Source of the DNA: Azoarcus sp.
GTDB lineage: Bacteria > Pseudomonadota > Gammaproteobacteria > Burkholderiales > Rhodocyclaceae
Length of the DNA stretch: 64,000 bases
Reading direction: 5' to 3'
NCBI GenBank assembly: GCA_031289095.1
Contig: JAITQD010000116.1
Location: 7,359 to 71,358, forward strand
Translations under genes and position numbers: made by a program
Notes under the pieces: generated by a model
Database searches by the model: none
What the model was told of the DNA's origin: nothing
Seen by the model: the letters and a program-made list of their open reading frames with translations, nothing else
Shown: positions 11,012 through 22,520 of the stretch, piece after piece
Numbering within the stretch: position 1 is the stretch's first letter
Layout: every line of letters starts with the position of its first letter

Positions 11012-11171
11012 GCTGGATATCGCCCGTGGTTACTGCTTTTCCGGGCCGGGATAAGCGTAGGGATAACTGTGGCGGTACTTGTTGGCGGAATGTCGGTCTT
11101 TTTTGCCTTTTACCGGATGAAGCCAGTTGTTCACAATGTTTTCCCCAGTCATCCACCGGGTTGTTAAAACG

Positions 11172-12329
11172 ATGCGTGTTTTCGCTGCTGATTTTTTGCC
11201 TAGATGGGAGATTTTCTGCCGGGTTGTGGATAACCACGGGGATGTGGGCGTGTGCTGGCAACTGGCGCGCACCCTGGCGGCGAGGCATGGTGTCAGGGTG
11301 AGGGTTTGGGTGGACGATTGGGCGACACTCGCCGGGGTGTGTCCGGGTGCGGTGCGCGACGGGGTGGAGGTGGAGGGCGTTGAGCTGCGGCGCTGGGTGG
11401 AGCCTTTTCCCGCTGTGGAGCCAGCCAACGTGGTGATCGAGGTGTTCGGCTGCGAGCTGCCTGCCGTGCACGTGCGGGCGATGGCGGCGCGGAAAACACC
11501 GCCGGTCTGGATCAATTTCGAGTACCTGTCAGCTGAAGACTGGGTGCGGGGCTGCCATGGTTTGGCTTCGCCGCAGACGACGGTGGCCCTGGTCAAGTAT
11601 TTTTTCTTCCCCGGCTTCAGCGCTGGCACCGGGGGTTTGATCCGCGAGCCGGGTTTGCTCGTCCGGCGCACACGGGAACAGGCGCGTGCGCGTGTGGACT
11701 GGCTGCGCGCGCGCGGGGTGAAACTGCCGCACGAGGAAGCGCTGACGGTTTCGCTGTTCAGTTATGAACAGCCGATGCTTTCCGCCTTGCTGCGACGTTG
11801 GCAAATGGGCGAGCGTCCCTTGTTGCTGCTGGTGCCCGAAGGGCGAATCCTGGCCGGCGTGAACGCGGCACTTGGGGAAAATCTGCTGCCGGGCGGACAG
11901 ACACAGCGTGACGCCCTGCGGGTAGCAGTGCTGCCGTTCTCGAACCAGGATGGCTACGACGAATTGCTCTGGCACTGCGATATCAACATGGTGCGAGGCG
12001 AAAATTCCTTCGTTCGCGCACAATGGGCGGCGCGACCGCTGGTTTGGCACATCTACCCGCAAAAGGACGATGCTCATCACGCGAAGCTGGAAGCGTTTCT
12101 TGCCCTGTATTGCGCCGGACTGGAAACGACAGAGGCCAGCGCGCTTATGGCGTTCTGGCGCGCCTGGAACGGTTGTGGCGACCCGGCGGCAGCCTGGCCG
12201 GCTTTCGTCCGCGCATTGCCGGAACTTGAACGCCATGCCCGGAACTGGTGCACAGGCTTGTGCGCACAACCGGACGTTACGGTCAATCTGTGGCGTTTCT
12301 GTCGACACATCCTTGAAAAAACTGGATAG
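11172..12329 (+). CDS. earP: EF-P arginine-32 rhamnosyltransferase EarP (DUF2331)
   Basis: WEIFCRVVDNHGDVGVCWQLAR motif, and position immediately upstream of efp. Confidence 0.85.
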   Translation: MRVFAADFLPRWEIFCRVVDNHGDVGVCWQLARTLAARHGVRVRVWVDDWATLAGVCPGAVRDGVEVEGVELRRWVEPFPAVEPANVVIEVFGCELPAVHVRAMAARKTPPVWINFEYLSAEDWVRGCHGLASPQTTVALVKYFFFPGFSAGTGGLIREPGLLVRRTREQARARVDWLRARGVKLPHEEALTVSLFSYEQPMLSALLRRWQMGERPLLLLVPEGRILAGVNAALGENLLPGGQTQRDALRVAVLPFSNQDGYDELLWHCDINMVRGENSFVRAQWAARPLVWHIYPQKDDAHHAKLEAFLALYCAGLETTEASALMAFWRAWNGCGDPAAAWPAFVRALPELERHARNWCTGLCAQPDVTVNLWRFCRHILEKTG

Positions 12330-12389
12330 AATCCTGCCTCTTTATTTTTCGACGAACGGGGGCGACCCGCCTCCCGGGGTTATCACAGC

Positions 12390-12947
12390 ATGAAAACCGC
12401 ACAAGAACTGCGTTCCGGCAACGTCATCATGGTTGGCAGCGATCCGCTGGTCGTACAGAAGGCCGAGTACAACAAATCCGGTCGTAATTCCGCCGTAGTG
12501 AAGATGAAGCTCAAAAACCTGCTCACCGGCACGCCGGCGGAGTCGGTATACAAGGCCGACGACAAGTTCGAGATCGTCGTGCTCGACCGCAAGGAAGTCA
12601 CCTACTCGTACTTTGCCGATCCGATGTACGTGTTCATGGACGCTGAGTACAACCAGTACGAGGTCGAAGCCGAGAACATGACCGACGCCCTCAAGTACCT
12701 CGAAGACGGTCTCATCTGTGAAGTGGTGTTCTACAACGGCAAGGCGATCTCGGTTGAACTGCCCAACAGCGTGGTGCGCGAAGTCATCTACACCGAACCC
12801 GCAGTCAAGGGCGACACCTCCGGCAAGGTCATGAAGCCGGCCCGCATCGTCACCGGGTTTGAACTGCCGGTGCCGGCCTTCGTCGAAATCGGCGACAGAA
12901 TCGAAATTGATACCCGCACCGACGAATACCGCAACCGCGTGAAATAA
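12390..12947 (+). CDS. efp: Translation elongation factor P (Arg32 type)
   Basis: 185 aa with a KSGRNSA loop. By direct count the Arg is residue 32. Confidence 0.95.
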   Translation: MKTAQELRSGNVIMVGSDPLVVQKAEYNKSGRNSAVVKMKLKNLLTGTPAESVYKADDKFEIVVLDRKEVTYSYFADPMYVFMDAEYNQYEVEAENMTDALKYLEDGLICEVVFYNGKAISVELPNSVVREVIYTEPAVKGDTSGKVMKPARIVTGFELPVPAFVEIGDRIEIDTRTDEYRNRVK

Positions 12948-12976
12948 GCGGGCGCGCGTCGCACGTCGCACTTTTG

Positions 12977-13003
12977 AAAAAGGGGCCTCAAAGGCCCCTT
13001 TTT
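12977..13003. terminator. Bidirectional rho-independent terminator between efp and the efflux operon
   Basis: AAAAAGGGGCC-TCAAA-GGCCCCTTTTT, with A-run and T-run on either side. Confidence 0.8.
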
Positions 13004-13031
13004 GTCATTGGAGAAAGAGGGCGGAACTCCT

Positions 13032-14432
13032 TTACTTCCAGCCGCCGCCCAAGACCTTGTAGAGCTCGACCCGATTGCCGGCCTCGGTCAAACGGGTGGC
13101 GATCAGTTCCTGTTCGGCAGCGTATTGCGAGCGTTGGGCGTCGAGCAGGATGAGGTGGCTGTCGAGACCGCTGCGGTAGCGCGCTTCGGAGAGGCGATAG
13201 CTTTCGTTGGCGGCCTTGACCAGTTCGCGGCGGGCGTCGAGCTGTTCGGCAATGGTGGCGCGGTCGGCAAGCGCATCGGCCACTTCGCGGAAGGCGGACT
13301 GGACGGCTTTTTCGTATTGCGCCACCTGGATGTCACGCTCGATTTCGGCGCGGTCGAGGTTGGCTTTCAAGGCGCCGGCATGGAAGATCGGGATGGTGAT
13401 CTGCGGCGCGAACGTCCATGTGCCGGTGCCCGCATCGAACAGATCGTCGAGCGTGAGGCTGGCGGTGCCTGCGCCGCCGGTGAGGGCGATGCGCGGGAAG
13501 AACGCCGCGCGTGCCGCGCCGATGTTGGCATTGGCGGCGCGCAGGGTATGTTCGGCCTGCAAAACATCGGGACGCCTGACCAGCACTTCGGAAGGAATGC
13601 CCGCTGGCAGATCGGCGACGGTGGCCAGGGCGTCGGCCAGGGCCGTGGCTTGCAGCGCCTCGGGCACCGGCGCGCCCGTAAGCAGTGCAAGCGCGTTCTG
13701 GTCGCGGGTGAACTGGGCGGTATAGCGCGCTCTGTCAGCGCGGGCGCGTTCCATGGCAGTGCGCGCCTGGGCGAGATCGAGCGCGGAAGCCGCGCCTGCG
13801 TCGAAACTCCGGCGGATGAGTTCCACTGATTTCTGCTGCGTGTCGAAGGTGCGGCGGGCAAGGTCAAGCAGTTCATGATCGGCGCCGAGGGCCAGCCAGG
13901 CATAGGCGACTGCGGAGACGAGGCTGATCTGCGCGCTACGGCGGGCTTCTGCGGTGGCGAGGTAGTTTTCCAGCGCCTGATCGCTCAGGCTGCGGATGCG
14001 CCCGAAAAAGTCCAGTTCCCACGAAGCGCCTACGGTGGCGCTGTACTGGCGGCTGATTGTCGCATCGCCGGTGGGGCTGACGTTGCCCGGCACGCGCTGG
14101 GCGTTCTGCCCGCCAGCGGCGTCGAACGCGGGCAGGATGTCGGCGCGCTGGATGCGGTACATCGCCCGGGCGCGCTCAATGTTGAGCGCCGCGACCCGCA
14201 GATCGCGGTTGTTGGCGAGCGCAAGGTCGATGATCTCGCGCAGGCGGGGATCGGCAAAGTAGTCGCGCCACGACAGCTCGGCAGCAGGCGCGCCCGCAAC
14301 ATCGGCGCTTGCCGTCGTCCAGGCGGATGGCACCGGCAGGCCGGGAAGCTGAAAATTGGGCGCGAGCGTGCAGCCGGTGGCGAGGCTGGCCGCTGCCAGT
14401 GCGGCGCACAATGCGCGGATCGGTGTTGTCAT
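13032..14432 (-). CDS. RND efflux outer-membrane lipoprotein (NodT/OprM family)
   Basis: Lipobox LATGC, 466 aa, last gene of the MFP-RND-OMF operon. Confidence 0.9.
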   Translation of the reverse strand: MTTPIRALCAALAAASLATGCTLAPNFQLPGLPVPSAWTTASADVAGAPAAELSWRDYFADPRLREIIDLALANNRDLRVAALNIERARAMYRIQRADILPAFDAAGGQNAQRVPGNVSPTGDATISRQYSATVGASWELDFFGRIRSLSDQALENYLATAEARRSAQISLVSAVAYAWLALGADHELLDLARRTFDTQQKSVELIRRSFDAGAASALDLAQARTAMERARADRARYTAQFTRDQNALALLTGAPVPEALQATALADALATVADLPAGIPSEVLVRRPDVLQAEHTLRAANANIGAARAAFFPRIALTGGAGTASLTLDDLFDAGTGTWTFAPQITIPIFHAGALKANLDRAEIERDIQVAQYEKAVQSAFREVADALADRATIAEQLDARRELVKAANESYRLSEARYRSGLDSHLILLDAQRSQYAAEQELIATRLTEAGNRVELYKVLGGGWK

Positions 14433-17400
14433 GGTTTGACCGTCTCTGTCTTGGGAAGGGAGGACTCGCTTGCCGCGTTCTCCTGCGCGGGCTTGTCCTT
14501 GAAAATGAGTTTGATGACCACGTAGAACATTGGCACGAAGAGAATGCCGAAAGTGGTGGCGGAAATGGTGCCGCCGAGTACGCCGGTGCCGATGGCGTTC
14601 TGCGCCCCCGACCCCGCACCGGAGGATTTCGCCAGCGGCAACACGCCGAGCGCGAAGGCGAGCGAGGTCATCAGAATCGGACGCAGCCGCATGCGCGCCG
14701 CGAGCATCGCGGCTTCGACCAGTCCCTTGCCGGCTTCGTATTCTGCCTTGGCGAACTCGACGATCAGGATGGCGTTCTTCGCCGACAGACCGATGGTGGC
14801 AAGCAGGCCCACCTGGAAGTAGACGTCGTTCGACAGACCGCGCCCGGAAGCCGCAACCAGCGCACCGAGCACCCCAAGCGGGATGATCATGATGACTGCG
14901 AACGGCACCGACCAGCTTTCATAGAGCGCCGCCAGACACAGGAACACAACCAGCACCGAGAGCGCATAGAGCGCCGGCGCCTGTGCGCCCGCGCGGACTT
15001 CTTCGTACGAGACGCCTGTCCAGGAATAGCCGACGCCTTCCGGCAGTTTGGCGGCGATTTCCTCCATCGCCTTCATCGCTTCGCCGGTGGACAACCCCGG
15101 CGCGGCCTGACCCTGAATGTTGAGCGAAGGCATACCGTTGTAGCGTTCCAGGCGCGGCGAGCCATAAGACCAGCGTTTGGCGGTGAAGGCCGAGAACGGC
15201 ACCATCTCACCCGCCTTGTTGCGCACGTACCATTTGTCGAGATCTTCCGGCGTCATCCGCGCCGGCGCGTCAGCTTGCAGGTAGACCTTTTTGATGCGGC
15301 CCCGGTCGAGGAAGTCGTTGACGTAAACGCCGCCCCAGGCAATCGCCAGGGTATCGTTGATGTCGGCCACGGACACGCCCAGAGCGCCCGCCTTGGCGTT
15401 GTCGATGTCGATGGTGAATTCCGACGCATCCTCCATGCCGTTGGGGCGCACGCCGGCCAGGCGCTTGTCCTGCGCGGCCATGCCGAGGAGCTGATTGCGC
15501 GCCGCGAGCAGCGCGTCGTGCCCCAGTCCGGCGAGATCCTGGAGTTGGAGGTCGAAACCGCCGGCGTTGCCCAGTTCCAGCACGGCGGGCGGCACCACCG
15601 CGAACACCTGCGCTTCGCGGATTTGCGACAGCGCCCGGCTCGCCCGCTGTGCGAATGCCTGCACGGTCTGATCCGGCTGCTTGCGCAGCGACCAGTCCTT
15701 GAGTTTGACGAAGGCCATGCCCATGTTCTGGCCGATGCCGCCGAAGCCGAAACCGGCGATGGTAAACACGGAATCGAGCACTTCTTTCTGCGGGTCTTGC
15801 TCCTTGTAATAGGAACGCACCTTGTCGAGCACTTCCAGGGTACGCGCCTGTGTCGCTTCCGGCGGCAGCGTCACCAGGGTCGGCATGATTCCCTGATCTT
15901 CTTCCGGCAGGAAAGACGTCGGCAGGCGATGGAAAAGCAGCGCCACGCTGCCGATGATGAGGCCATACACCATGAGGAAAATCACCTTGTGACGCAGGAT
16001 TTTGCCCACGGTGCTCACGTAGCTCTCGGTGCCGCGCGCAAACATGCCGTTGAACCAGTGGAAGAAGGGGCCGAACCAGCTGCCTTCGCCCGCCTCGTGG
16101 CCCTTTTCGACCCGTTTCAGGATGGTGGCGCACAACGCCGGGGTGAGGACGATGGCGACGACCACCGAAAGCAGCATTGCCGATACGATGGTGATCGAGA
16201 ACTGCCGGTAGATGACGCCGGTGGAGCCACCGAAGAACGCCATCGGCACGAACACCGCCGACAGCACCAGCGCGATGCCGATCAGGGCGCTGGTGATCTG
16301 ATCCATCGACTTGCGCGTGGCTTCCTTGGGCGAGAGTCCTTCCTCGCTCATGATGCGTTCTACGTTCTCGACCACGACGATGGCGTCGTCCACCAGCAGG
16401 CCGATGGCGAGCACGAGACCGAACATGGTCAGTGTGTTGATCGAAAAACCGAAGGCGGCCATGCACCCGAAAGTGCCCAGCAACACCACCGGCACCGCGA
16501 TGGTCGGAATCAGGGTGGCGCGGATGTTTTCCAGAAACAGGAACATCACCAGGAAGACGAGGAAAACGGCTTCGATCAGGGTGTGCACCACCTCCTCAAT
16601 CGACAGGCGGATGAACGGCGTGGTGTCGTAGGGATAGATCACTTCGACGCCTTCGGGCAGGTAGGCGCTCAGTTCCTCGACCTTGGCCTTCACTGCATCG
16701 GCGGTGTCCAGCGCGTTGGCCCCGGCGGCGAGCTTGATGCCGATGCCGCCCGAGAAACGCCCGTTGTGCAGGGCGCGGAAACCGTAGTTTTCCTGGCCGA
16801 TTTCGGCGCGGGCGACGTCCCGCAGCCGCACTTCGCCACCGTCTTCGGCGCTGCGCAACAGGATGGCCTCGAACTGCTCGACCGTCTGCAAACGGCTTTG
16901 CGCGGTGATGCTGGCAGTGAAGCCCTGCCCCGGCATCGCTGGCGTGCCGCCAAGCTGACCTGCCGAGACCTGGGTGTTCTGCGACAGCAATGCGTTGCGC
17001 ACGTCGTTCGGCGTCAGGTGGAACTTGTTGAGTTTGTCCGGATCGAGCCAAATCCGCATCGAATACTGGGAACCGAACACCTGTACTTCGCCGACGCCGG
17101 TCACGCGGGTGAGCGGATCCTGGACGCGGGCGACGAGGAAGTCCGAGAGGTCGGCGCTGTCCTGGCGACCATCGGTGGACACGAAACCGACGATCATCAG
17201 GAAGTTGCGCGCCGACTTGACGACCGAAACCCCCTGTTGCTGCACGGCCTGCGGCAGCAGGGGCAGCGCCAGTTGCAGCTTGTTCTGCGTCTGCACCTGG
17301 GCGATGTCGGGGTTTACGTCGGCGTCGAAGGTGAGCGTGACCGCAGCGCGCCCGTAGGAATCGCTGGTGGAGCTCATGTAGAGCACGTTGTCGATCCCGG

Positions 17401-17608
17401 TCATCTTCTGTTCGATGATCTGGGTGACGGATTCTTCCACCACCTTGGCCGAAGCGCCGGGATAGCTGGCGTTGATGACCACCGTCGGCGGCGCGATGGA
17501 CGGATACTGCGCCACCGGCAGCTTCATGATGGAAAGGATGCCCGCCATCATGATGATGATGGCGATCACCCAGGCAAAAACGGGCCTGTCGATAAAAAAG
17601 CGAGCCAT
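14429..17608 (-). CDS. RND multidrug efflux permease (AcrB/MexB family)
   Basis: 1059 aa with [18 protein letters not shown]-terminus and 12-TM RND architecture. Its stop overlaps the OMF start. Confidence 0.95.
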   Translation of the reverse strand: MARFFIDRPVFAWVIAIIIMMAGILSIMKLPVAQYPSIAPPTVVINASYPGASAKVVEESVTQIIEQKMTGIDNVLYMSSTSDSYGRAAVTLTFDADVNPDIAQVQTQNKLQLALPLLPQAVQQQGVSVVKSARNFLMIVGFVSTDGRQDSADLSDFLVARVQDPLTRVTGVGEVQVFGSQYSMRIWLDPDKLNKFHLTPNDVRNALLSQNTQVSAGQLGGTPAMPGQGFTASITAQSRLQTVEQFEAILLRSAEDGGEVRLRDVARAEIGQENYGFRALHNGRFSGGIGIKLAAGANALDTADAVKAKVEELSAYLPEGVEVIYPYDTTPFIRLSIEEVVHTLIEAVFLVFLVMFLFLENIRATLIPTIAVPVVLLGTFGCMAAFGFSINTLTMFGLVLAIGLLVDDAIVVVENVERIMSEEGLSPKEATRKSMDQITSALIGIALVLSAVFVPMAFFGGSTGVIYRQFSITIVSAMLLSVVVAIVLTPALCATILKRVEKGHEAGEGSWFGPFFHWFNGMFARGTESYVSTVGKILRHKVIFLMVYGLIIGSVALLFHRLPTSFLPEEDQGIMPTLVTLPPEATQARTLEVLDKVRSYYKEQDPQKEVLDSVFTIAGFGFGGIGQNMGMAFVKLKDWSLRKQPDQTVQAFAQRASRALSQIREAQVFAVVPPAVLELGNAGGFDLQLQDLAGLGHDALLAARNQLLGMAAQDKRLAGVRPNGMEDASEFTIDIDNAKAGALGVSVADINDTLAIAWGGVYVNDFLDRGRIKKVYLQADAPARMTPEDLDKWYVRNKAGEMVPFSAFTAKRWSYGSPRLERYNGMPSLNIQGQAAPGLSTGEAMKAMEEIAAKLPEGVGYSWTGVSYEEVRAGAQAPALYALSVLVVFLCLAALYESWSVPFAVIMIIPLGVLGALVAASGRGLSNDVYFQVGLLATIGLSAKNAILIVEFAKAEYEAGKGLVEAAMLAARMRLRPILMTSLAFALGVLPLAKSSGAGSGAQNAIGTGVLGGTISATTFGILFVPMFYVVIKLIFKDKPAQENAASESSLPKTETVKP

Positions 17609-17622
17609 GTCTTGCTGTCCCC

Positions 17623-18834
17623 TCAGTGGCTGGCCGGATTGGCGGCAGCAGAGGCGACAGCCTGGGGCGTGGCGGCTCCGTTCGGAGCATACGGCGCGGT
17701 GAAGGGTTGAGCCTGCACCGTCTGTCCCGCGCGGACTTTTTGCAGTCCTTCGACGATGACCTGTTCACCGGCGGCAAGACCGCCGACGACGATCCATTTA
17801 TCTCCCTGCACGCCGCGCACTTGCACCGGACGCGACGCGACCTTGTTTTCGGCATCGACCACCATCACCACCGAATTGCCACGCGGATCGTGGTTAACCG
17901 CCGCGTGCGGCAGCAGGATGGCCTGCCCGGTCTGGCCCTGTTCCAGGCGCGCACGCACGTACATGCCCGGCAGCAGGGTGCCCTTCGGGTTGGGGAAGCT
18001 GGCGCGCAGGGTGACGCTGCCGGTACCGGGGTCGACCGACACTTCGGAGAAGGCGAGCTTGCCGTTCATTTCGTATTGGCTGCCGTCTTCGAGGAGCAGT
18101 TGCACCGGAATGTTGTTGCTCTCGTCCTGCGACAGCGCACCGCGTTCGACATCGCGCCGCAGGCGTTGCAATTCGGCGCTCGATTGCGTCAGATCGACGT
18201 AGATCGGGTCGAGTTGCTGCACGGTGGCGAGCGCCGCAGCCTGGTTGGCGGTGACGAGCGCGCCCGGCGTCACCGACGAGCGCCCAATGTGCCCGGAAAT
18301 CGGCGATTTTACCTGGGTGAAGTTGAGATCTATGTGGGCCTTGTCGAGCGCGGCGCGCGCCGAGGCCACGTCGGCCTCGGCCTGCTTGAGCGCAGCGTCG
18401 GCGTCGTCGTTGGCCTGCCTGCTGACGGCTTCGATGCCGACCAGTTCGGCGTAGCGATCCGCCTTCAGGCGGGCGTTGTAGAGATTGGCATCGGCCCGCG
18501 CCTTGTTGGCGGCGGCGCTGTCATAAGCGGCGCGGTAGGTCGACGGGTCGATCTGGTAGAGCACCTGCCCGGCTACAACCGTACTACCTTCGGTGAAAAG
18601 GCGCTTCTGGACAATGCCAGTAACCTGGGGCCGCAACTCGGCCACCATGTAGGGCGTGGTGCGCCCCGGCAGTTCGGACACCAGCGGCGCTGGCTCAAAC
18701 GCGGTCACGAGCACGCTGACCGGGGGGGGAGGCGGCGCCTGGACTGTCTGTTGGGAACGGTCGCAAGCGGTCAAAATCATGGCGCTCGCAAGCGCCGCTG
18801 TGAGTAGGATCGACTGCCGGAAACGGATAGTCAT
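17623..18834 (-). CDS. RND efflux periplasmic adaptor (AcrA/MexA family)
   Basis: Lipobox LTAC and coiled-coil/biotinyl-lipoyl-like regions. First gene of the operon. Confidence 0.9.
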   Translation of the reverse strand: MTIRFRQSILLTAALASAMILTACDRSQQTVQAPPPPPVSVLVTAFEPAPLVSELPGRTTPYMVAELRPQVTGIVQKRLFTEGSTVVAGQVLYQIDPSTYRAAYDSAAANKARADANLYNARLKADRYAELVGIEAVSRQANDDADAALKQAEADVASARAALDKAHIDLNFTQVKSPISGHIGRSSVTPGALVTANQAAALATVQQLDPIYVDLTQSSAELQRLRRDVERGALSQDESNNIPVQLLLEDGSQYEMNGKLAFSEVSVDPGTGSVTLRASFPNPKGTLLPGMYVRARLEQGQTGQAILLPHAAVNHDPRGNSVVMVVDAENKVASRPVQVRGVQGDKWIVVGGLAAGEQVIVEGLQKVRAGQTVQAQPFTAPYAPNGAATPQAVASAAANPASH

Positions 18835-19000
18835 GGGAATCTCGCGGGGTAAGGTGGGGTCAGGTTCGGCGCGCCATCGCTTTCTGGAGCCGATCCCGCG
18901 ACCTGAAAACGGTCAGGAATCGGGACTGTCGCAAAAAACGAGGGAAAGCGTGCTACCGGGTACTGTCTTGCTGTGGTCGAGCAAAATCGGACGTTTGTTC

Positions 19001-19020
19001 TAGATCGAACGTTCATTCTA
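19001..19020. promoter_or_regulatory. Candidate TetR operator (imperfect 20-bp palindrome)
   Basis: TAGAtcGAACGTTCatTCTA (16/20 symmetric) in the divergent tetR/efflux intergenic region. Confidence 0.3.
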
Positions 19021-19093
19021 TGCTAGGGTACGAATGCGTGCAAGTCATCGTTCGCATCAAAATGTACATAAACACCCGACTTTTCCTGAAAAA

Positions 19094-19768
19094 ATGCCTA
19101 CTATCACCGACGATTCCGTTTCCGCCGCATCCCCGGAGTGTACGCGCGCCGCCGCGCGGCGAACCCAGATTCTCGACGCCGCCGCAGAATGCTTCCGCTC
19201 CTGTGGTTTCCATGGTGCGAGCATTGCCCGCATCTCACAACTGGCGGGAATGAGCGGTGGGCACATCTACCATTATTTCGACAGCAAGGAAGCGATCATT
19301 GCGGCCATCGTGCAGCGCGACCTTGAACACCTCATTGCCATCTGGGCCGAGCTGAGGGCTGCCCGCGACGTGGGCGAGGCGATGGTCAGGCTCTCCTCCG
19401 AAGGGGTGGGTGACGCTATGAACCCGGTCATTGCCAGGCTCCGGCTCGAAATCCTCACCGAGGCGGCGCGCAACCCGGAAGTGGCTCACATTTTGCGCGC
19501 TGCTGATCGCTGCTGTATGGCAAGCCTGATCGAAACCCTGCTCGCCGCGCGCCGGGCGGGCGGCAAGCAGGACGACGAAACCACCCTCGCCGCCATGGCC
19601 GAAATCGTCGCTTCCATGTTTGAAGGTCTCATGATCCGCGCCGTCCGCAACCCCGATCTGAACAGCAAGCGCATGTCCATTCTCGTGCAGCGTGTGATGC
19701 GGCAGGTCATCGACAGCCCGGACTGGCGCGCCATGCCAACGGAAAGCGACGCCGCCGGGACAGACTGA
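19094..19768 (+). CDS. TetR-family transcriptional regulator (probable efflux repressor)
   Basis: N-terminal HTH (RRTQILDAAAECFRSCGFHGASIARISQLAGMSGGHIYHYF). Divergent from the RND operon. Confidence 0.85.
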   Translation: MPTITDDSVSAASPECTRAAARRTQILDAAAECFRSCGFHGASIARISQLAGMSGGHIYHYFDSKEAIIAAIVQRDLEHLIAIWAELRAARDVGEAMVRLSSEGVGDAMNPVIARLRLEILTEAARNPEVAHILRAADRCCMASLIETLLAARRAGGKQDDETTLAAMAEIVASMFEGLMIRAVRNPDLNSKRMSILVQRVMRQVIDSPDWRAMPTESDAAGTD

Positions 19769-19857
19769 TTGCAGGGGCGAACCTGAGTCAAGGCTCAGGC
19801 AGATAAAGCAGCGGTCGCTGCGGTAAAATAAGCAGTTCCCTGTCGGATGGAAACGCC

Positions 19858-20736
19858 ATGAACATCGTTGCCCGTTTACCGCACTATGCCCACCTGATCC
19901 GGGTCGACACGCTCGACAAGCAGGTGGGCACCACGCTATTGCTGTGGCCGACGATGTGGGGTCTGTGGATCGCCGCCGGGGGACTGCCGCCCCTGCACCT
20001 GGTGCTGATTTTCGCCTTTGGCAGTTTCCTGATGCACTCGGCTGGGTGCGTGCTCAACGATTATGCCGACCGCGAATTCGACGCCCACGTCGAACGCACC
20101 CGGTCGCGCCCGCTCGTCACTGGCGCGACCACGCCGCGCGAGGCCATGGGGCTGGCCGCGCTCCTGCTCGTCATTGCGCTCCTGCTCATCCTGTCGCTCA
20201 ACTGGCTGGTGCTCTGGCTGGCGCTGGTGGCGCTGGCGTTGACGGCGAGCTACCCCTTCACCAAGCGGTTCCTGCCCGTGCCGCAAGCCTACCTCGGCTT
20301 TGCTTACGGCTTTGGCATTCCGATGGGCTTCGCCGCCGTACAAAACACGGTGCCGGCGCTCGCCTGGCTGCTGGTTGCGGGCAATATTTTCTGGGTGATC
20401 GCCTTCGACACCGCCTACGCAATGGTCGACCGCGCCGACGACATCAAGCTCGGACTCGTCCGCAGTTCTGCAATCTCCTTCGGGCGTTACGACGTGCTTG
20501 CAGTCATGCTCTGCTATGCCGCGTTCTTTACGCTCACCACCGTGGGCGGTTTGCTGGCCGGGCGAGGCTGGGTGTTCCTCGTCGGCATGGCGGCGGCAGT
20601 GGCGCTGGCGGGGCGCGTCCATACCCTGATCCGTCACCGCGAACGTGCCGCGTGCTGGCGCGCTTTCGTCTACAACAACTGGGTGGGCGCGGCGGTTTTT
20701 GCCGGCTTCGCGCTCGACTACTTCGTGCGCGGGTGA
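19858..20736 (+). CDS. ubiA: 4-hydroxybenzoate polyprenyltransferase
   Basis: NDYADREFD motif and UbiA-type TM topology. Confidence 0.9.
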   Translation: MNIVARLPHYAHLIRVDTLDKQVGTTLLLWPTMWGLWIAAGGLPPLHLVLIFAFGSFLMHSAGCVLNDYADREFDAHVERTRSRPLVTGATTPREAMGLAALLLVIALLLILSLNWLVLWLALVALALTASYPFTKRFLPVPQAYLGFAYGFGIPMGFAAVQNTVPALAWLLVAGNIFWVIAFDTAYAMVDRADDIKLGLVRSSAISFGRYDVLAVMLCYAAFFTLTTVGGLLAGRGWVFLVGMAAAVALAGRVHTLIRHRERAACWRAFVYNNWVGAAVFAGFALDYFVRG

Positions 20737-20739
20737 GTC

Positions 20740-21567
20740 ATGGGTTTCGTTGCCGATCTGCGCGCCGCCTGGCGGGAACGCGATAGCCTGCTCTGCGTCG
20801 GACTGGATCCCGATCCGGCCCGTTTTCCGGCGGCGCTGGCGGGGCGACCGCAAGCGATCCTCGAATTCTGCTGCGCCATCGTGGATGCCACCGCCGACCT
20901 CGCCTGCGCCTTCAAACCGCAAATCGCCTACTTCGCCGCGCAACGCGCCGAGGATCAACTCGAAGCACTGATCGACTACATCCACGTCCGCCATCCCGGC
21001 GTGCCGGTGATCCTCGACGCCAAGCGCGGCGATATCGGCAGCACCGCCGGCCAGTACGCCGAAGAAGCCTTCGCGCGCTACCGGGCCGACGCGGTGACGG
21101 TCAATCCCTACATGGGGCGCGATTCGGTGGAACCGTATCTCGCCTGGGACGGCAAGGGCGTCATCCTGCTCTGCCGCACCTCCAACCCAGGCGGGGCCGA
21201 CCTGCAAGGACTCGACGTCGGCGGCGAAAAACTCTACGAGCGGCTCGCCCGGCTCGTCGCCACGCAATGGAACGGCGGCGGCAATTGCGCCTTGGTCGTG
21301 GGTGCGACCTTTCCGGCCGAGATCGCCCGGGTGCGCGCCCTCGTCGGCGACATGCCGCTGCTGGTGCCTGGCATCGGCGCGCAGGGGGGCGACGTCGCCG
21401 CCACTGTCGCCGCCGGACAGACCACCGATGGCCTGGGGCTGGCGCTCAACTCGTCGCGCGCCATTCTTTACGCTGGCGCGGACGAAGATTTTGCCGCCGC
21501 CGCGCGCCGGGCGGCGCTCACTACGCGCGACGCGATCAACGCCTGCCGCGCCGCGCGGGCTGGCTGA
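20740..21567 (+). CDS. pyrF: Orotidine-5'-phosphate decarboxylase (type 2)
   Basis: [16 protein letters not shown] and DAKRGDIG motifs. Confidence 0.9.
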   Translation: MGFVADLRAAWRERDSLLCVGLDPDPARFPAALAGRPQAILEFCCAIVDATADLACAFKPQIAYFAAQRAEDQLEALIDYIHVRHPGVPVILDAKRGDIGSTAGQYAEEAFARYRADAVTVNPYMGRDSVEPYLAWDGKGVILLCRTSNPGGADLQGLDVGGEKLYERLARLVATQWNGGGNCALVVGATFPAEIARVRALVGDMPLLVPGIGAQGGDVAATVAAGQTTDGLGLALNSSRAILYAGADEDFAAAARRAALTTRDAINACRAARAG

Positions 21568-21582
21568 GTACGTCCGGCTTTT

Positions 21583-22281
21583 CTACCATGCGGGCGCTGC
21601 CTGTGGCGGCGGCGGTGCTGGCGGTGGCGGATTAAGGCCGCCGCTTGCCACCCACACCGCGCTGGCGGCGAGCGCCACCGCCACGACGAACGGCAACCAG
21701 CCGCCGCCGCGCGCCGGTTCCGCTGCGGGGTCGTCCGTCGTCGCGCAGCCGCTGAACATTGGCGGCAACAGGTAATGCTTCTTGATCACGGCATAGAACA
21801 CGATGGAAGCCACATGCAGGCCGACCAGCCCGCCAAGCAACCACACGTTGAAACGGTGCAGGCCGGTGAACCAATCCGCAGTGTCCTGACTCACCAGCGC
21901 CTTGAGCGGGCCGGTGAAGGAAATATTGTCGTCTGCGACGAGGCCGCTGCCGACCTGGAACGCAGTCAGCGCAAGCAGGCCGAGCACCGAAAACGCCCCC
22001 AGCGGATTGTGTCCCAGGCCATGCCATTGCCCGCGCAGGTAGGCGAGCACTCGCGCCGGGCCGGGAACGAACTGCGTGAAACGAGCATAGGTGGAGCCGA
22101 CGAAGCCCCACACGATGCGAAAGACCAGCAGGCCAACGATGGCGAGTCCGGCGCGGCCATGCCATTCGATCCAGTTGCCGCCGACGAAACCCGTGGCGAA
22201 GGCCGTTGCGACCAATGTGACCAGCAACCAGTGGAACAGGCGCGTCGGCGCGTCCCACACTTTCACACGCCTGTTTTCCAT
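21583..22281 (-). CDS. Cytochrome b (b561 / Ni-Fe hydrogenase b-type) family membrane protein
   Basis: WDAPTRLFHWLL N-terminus, 4 predicted TM helices, GGAGGG SD before ATG 22281. Confidence 0.7.
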   Translation of the reverse strand: MENRRVKVWDAPTRLFHWLLVTLVATAFATGFVGGNWIEWHGRAGLAIVGLLVFRIVWGFVGSTYARFTQFVPGPARVLAYLRGQWHGLGHNPLGAFSVLGLLALTAFQVGSGLVADDNISFTGPLKALVSQDTADWFTGLHRFNVWLLGGLVGLHVASIVFYAVIKKHYLLPPMFSGCATTDDPAAEPARGGGWLPFVVAVALAASAVWVASGGLNPPPPAPPPPQAAPAW

Positions 22282-22433
22282 TTTTCCCTCCCTCGTGGGC
22301 AAAAATTCTACCAGATGCGGCTGTCGGCATACGCGGGGCGGGAGAAACTGGACAGCATCGAATCCGATGGGCTACCATCCTTCGCACTTCGGTTTCGGGC
22401 CGGTTCGCCCAAAACCGCACTCCACAAGACACC

Positions 22434-22520
22434 GTGACGCACACCGACAAGTCCCTCGCGCCCGCTTTCGCCTTCCCGCTTCGCTGGCGGGCCGCTTGGC
22501 GCTGGCCTTTGGGCCAATAA
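22434..22520 (+). promoter_or_regulatory. Candidate Trp-rich leader peptide ORF upstream of trpE (speculative)
   Basis: GTG-initiated 28-codon frame ending ...PLRWRAAWRWPLGQ*. It has three TGG codons within 7 codons and is followed by a 9-bp GC hairpin at 22534-22555. There is no convincing SD and no U-tract directly after the hairpin. Confidence 0.25.

Noticed and set aside
10912-11171. Possible chromosomal origin (perfect DnaA box plus an AT-rich tract)
   Set aside because: There is only one perfect box, no 13-mer/DUE-type repeats or GATC clusters, and no dnaA/dnaN/gidA/parAB context. Treated as a promoter region.
12342-12971. 209-aa minus-strand ORF
   Set aside because: Exactly antisense to efp, which is unmistakable.
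14309-17710. 1133-aa ORF on the plus strand
   Set aside because: It is fully antisense to the RND pump gene. Its composition is Arg/Gly/His/Asp-rich and low in complexity, as is typical of shadow ORFs in high-G+C DNA. No recognisable domains.
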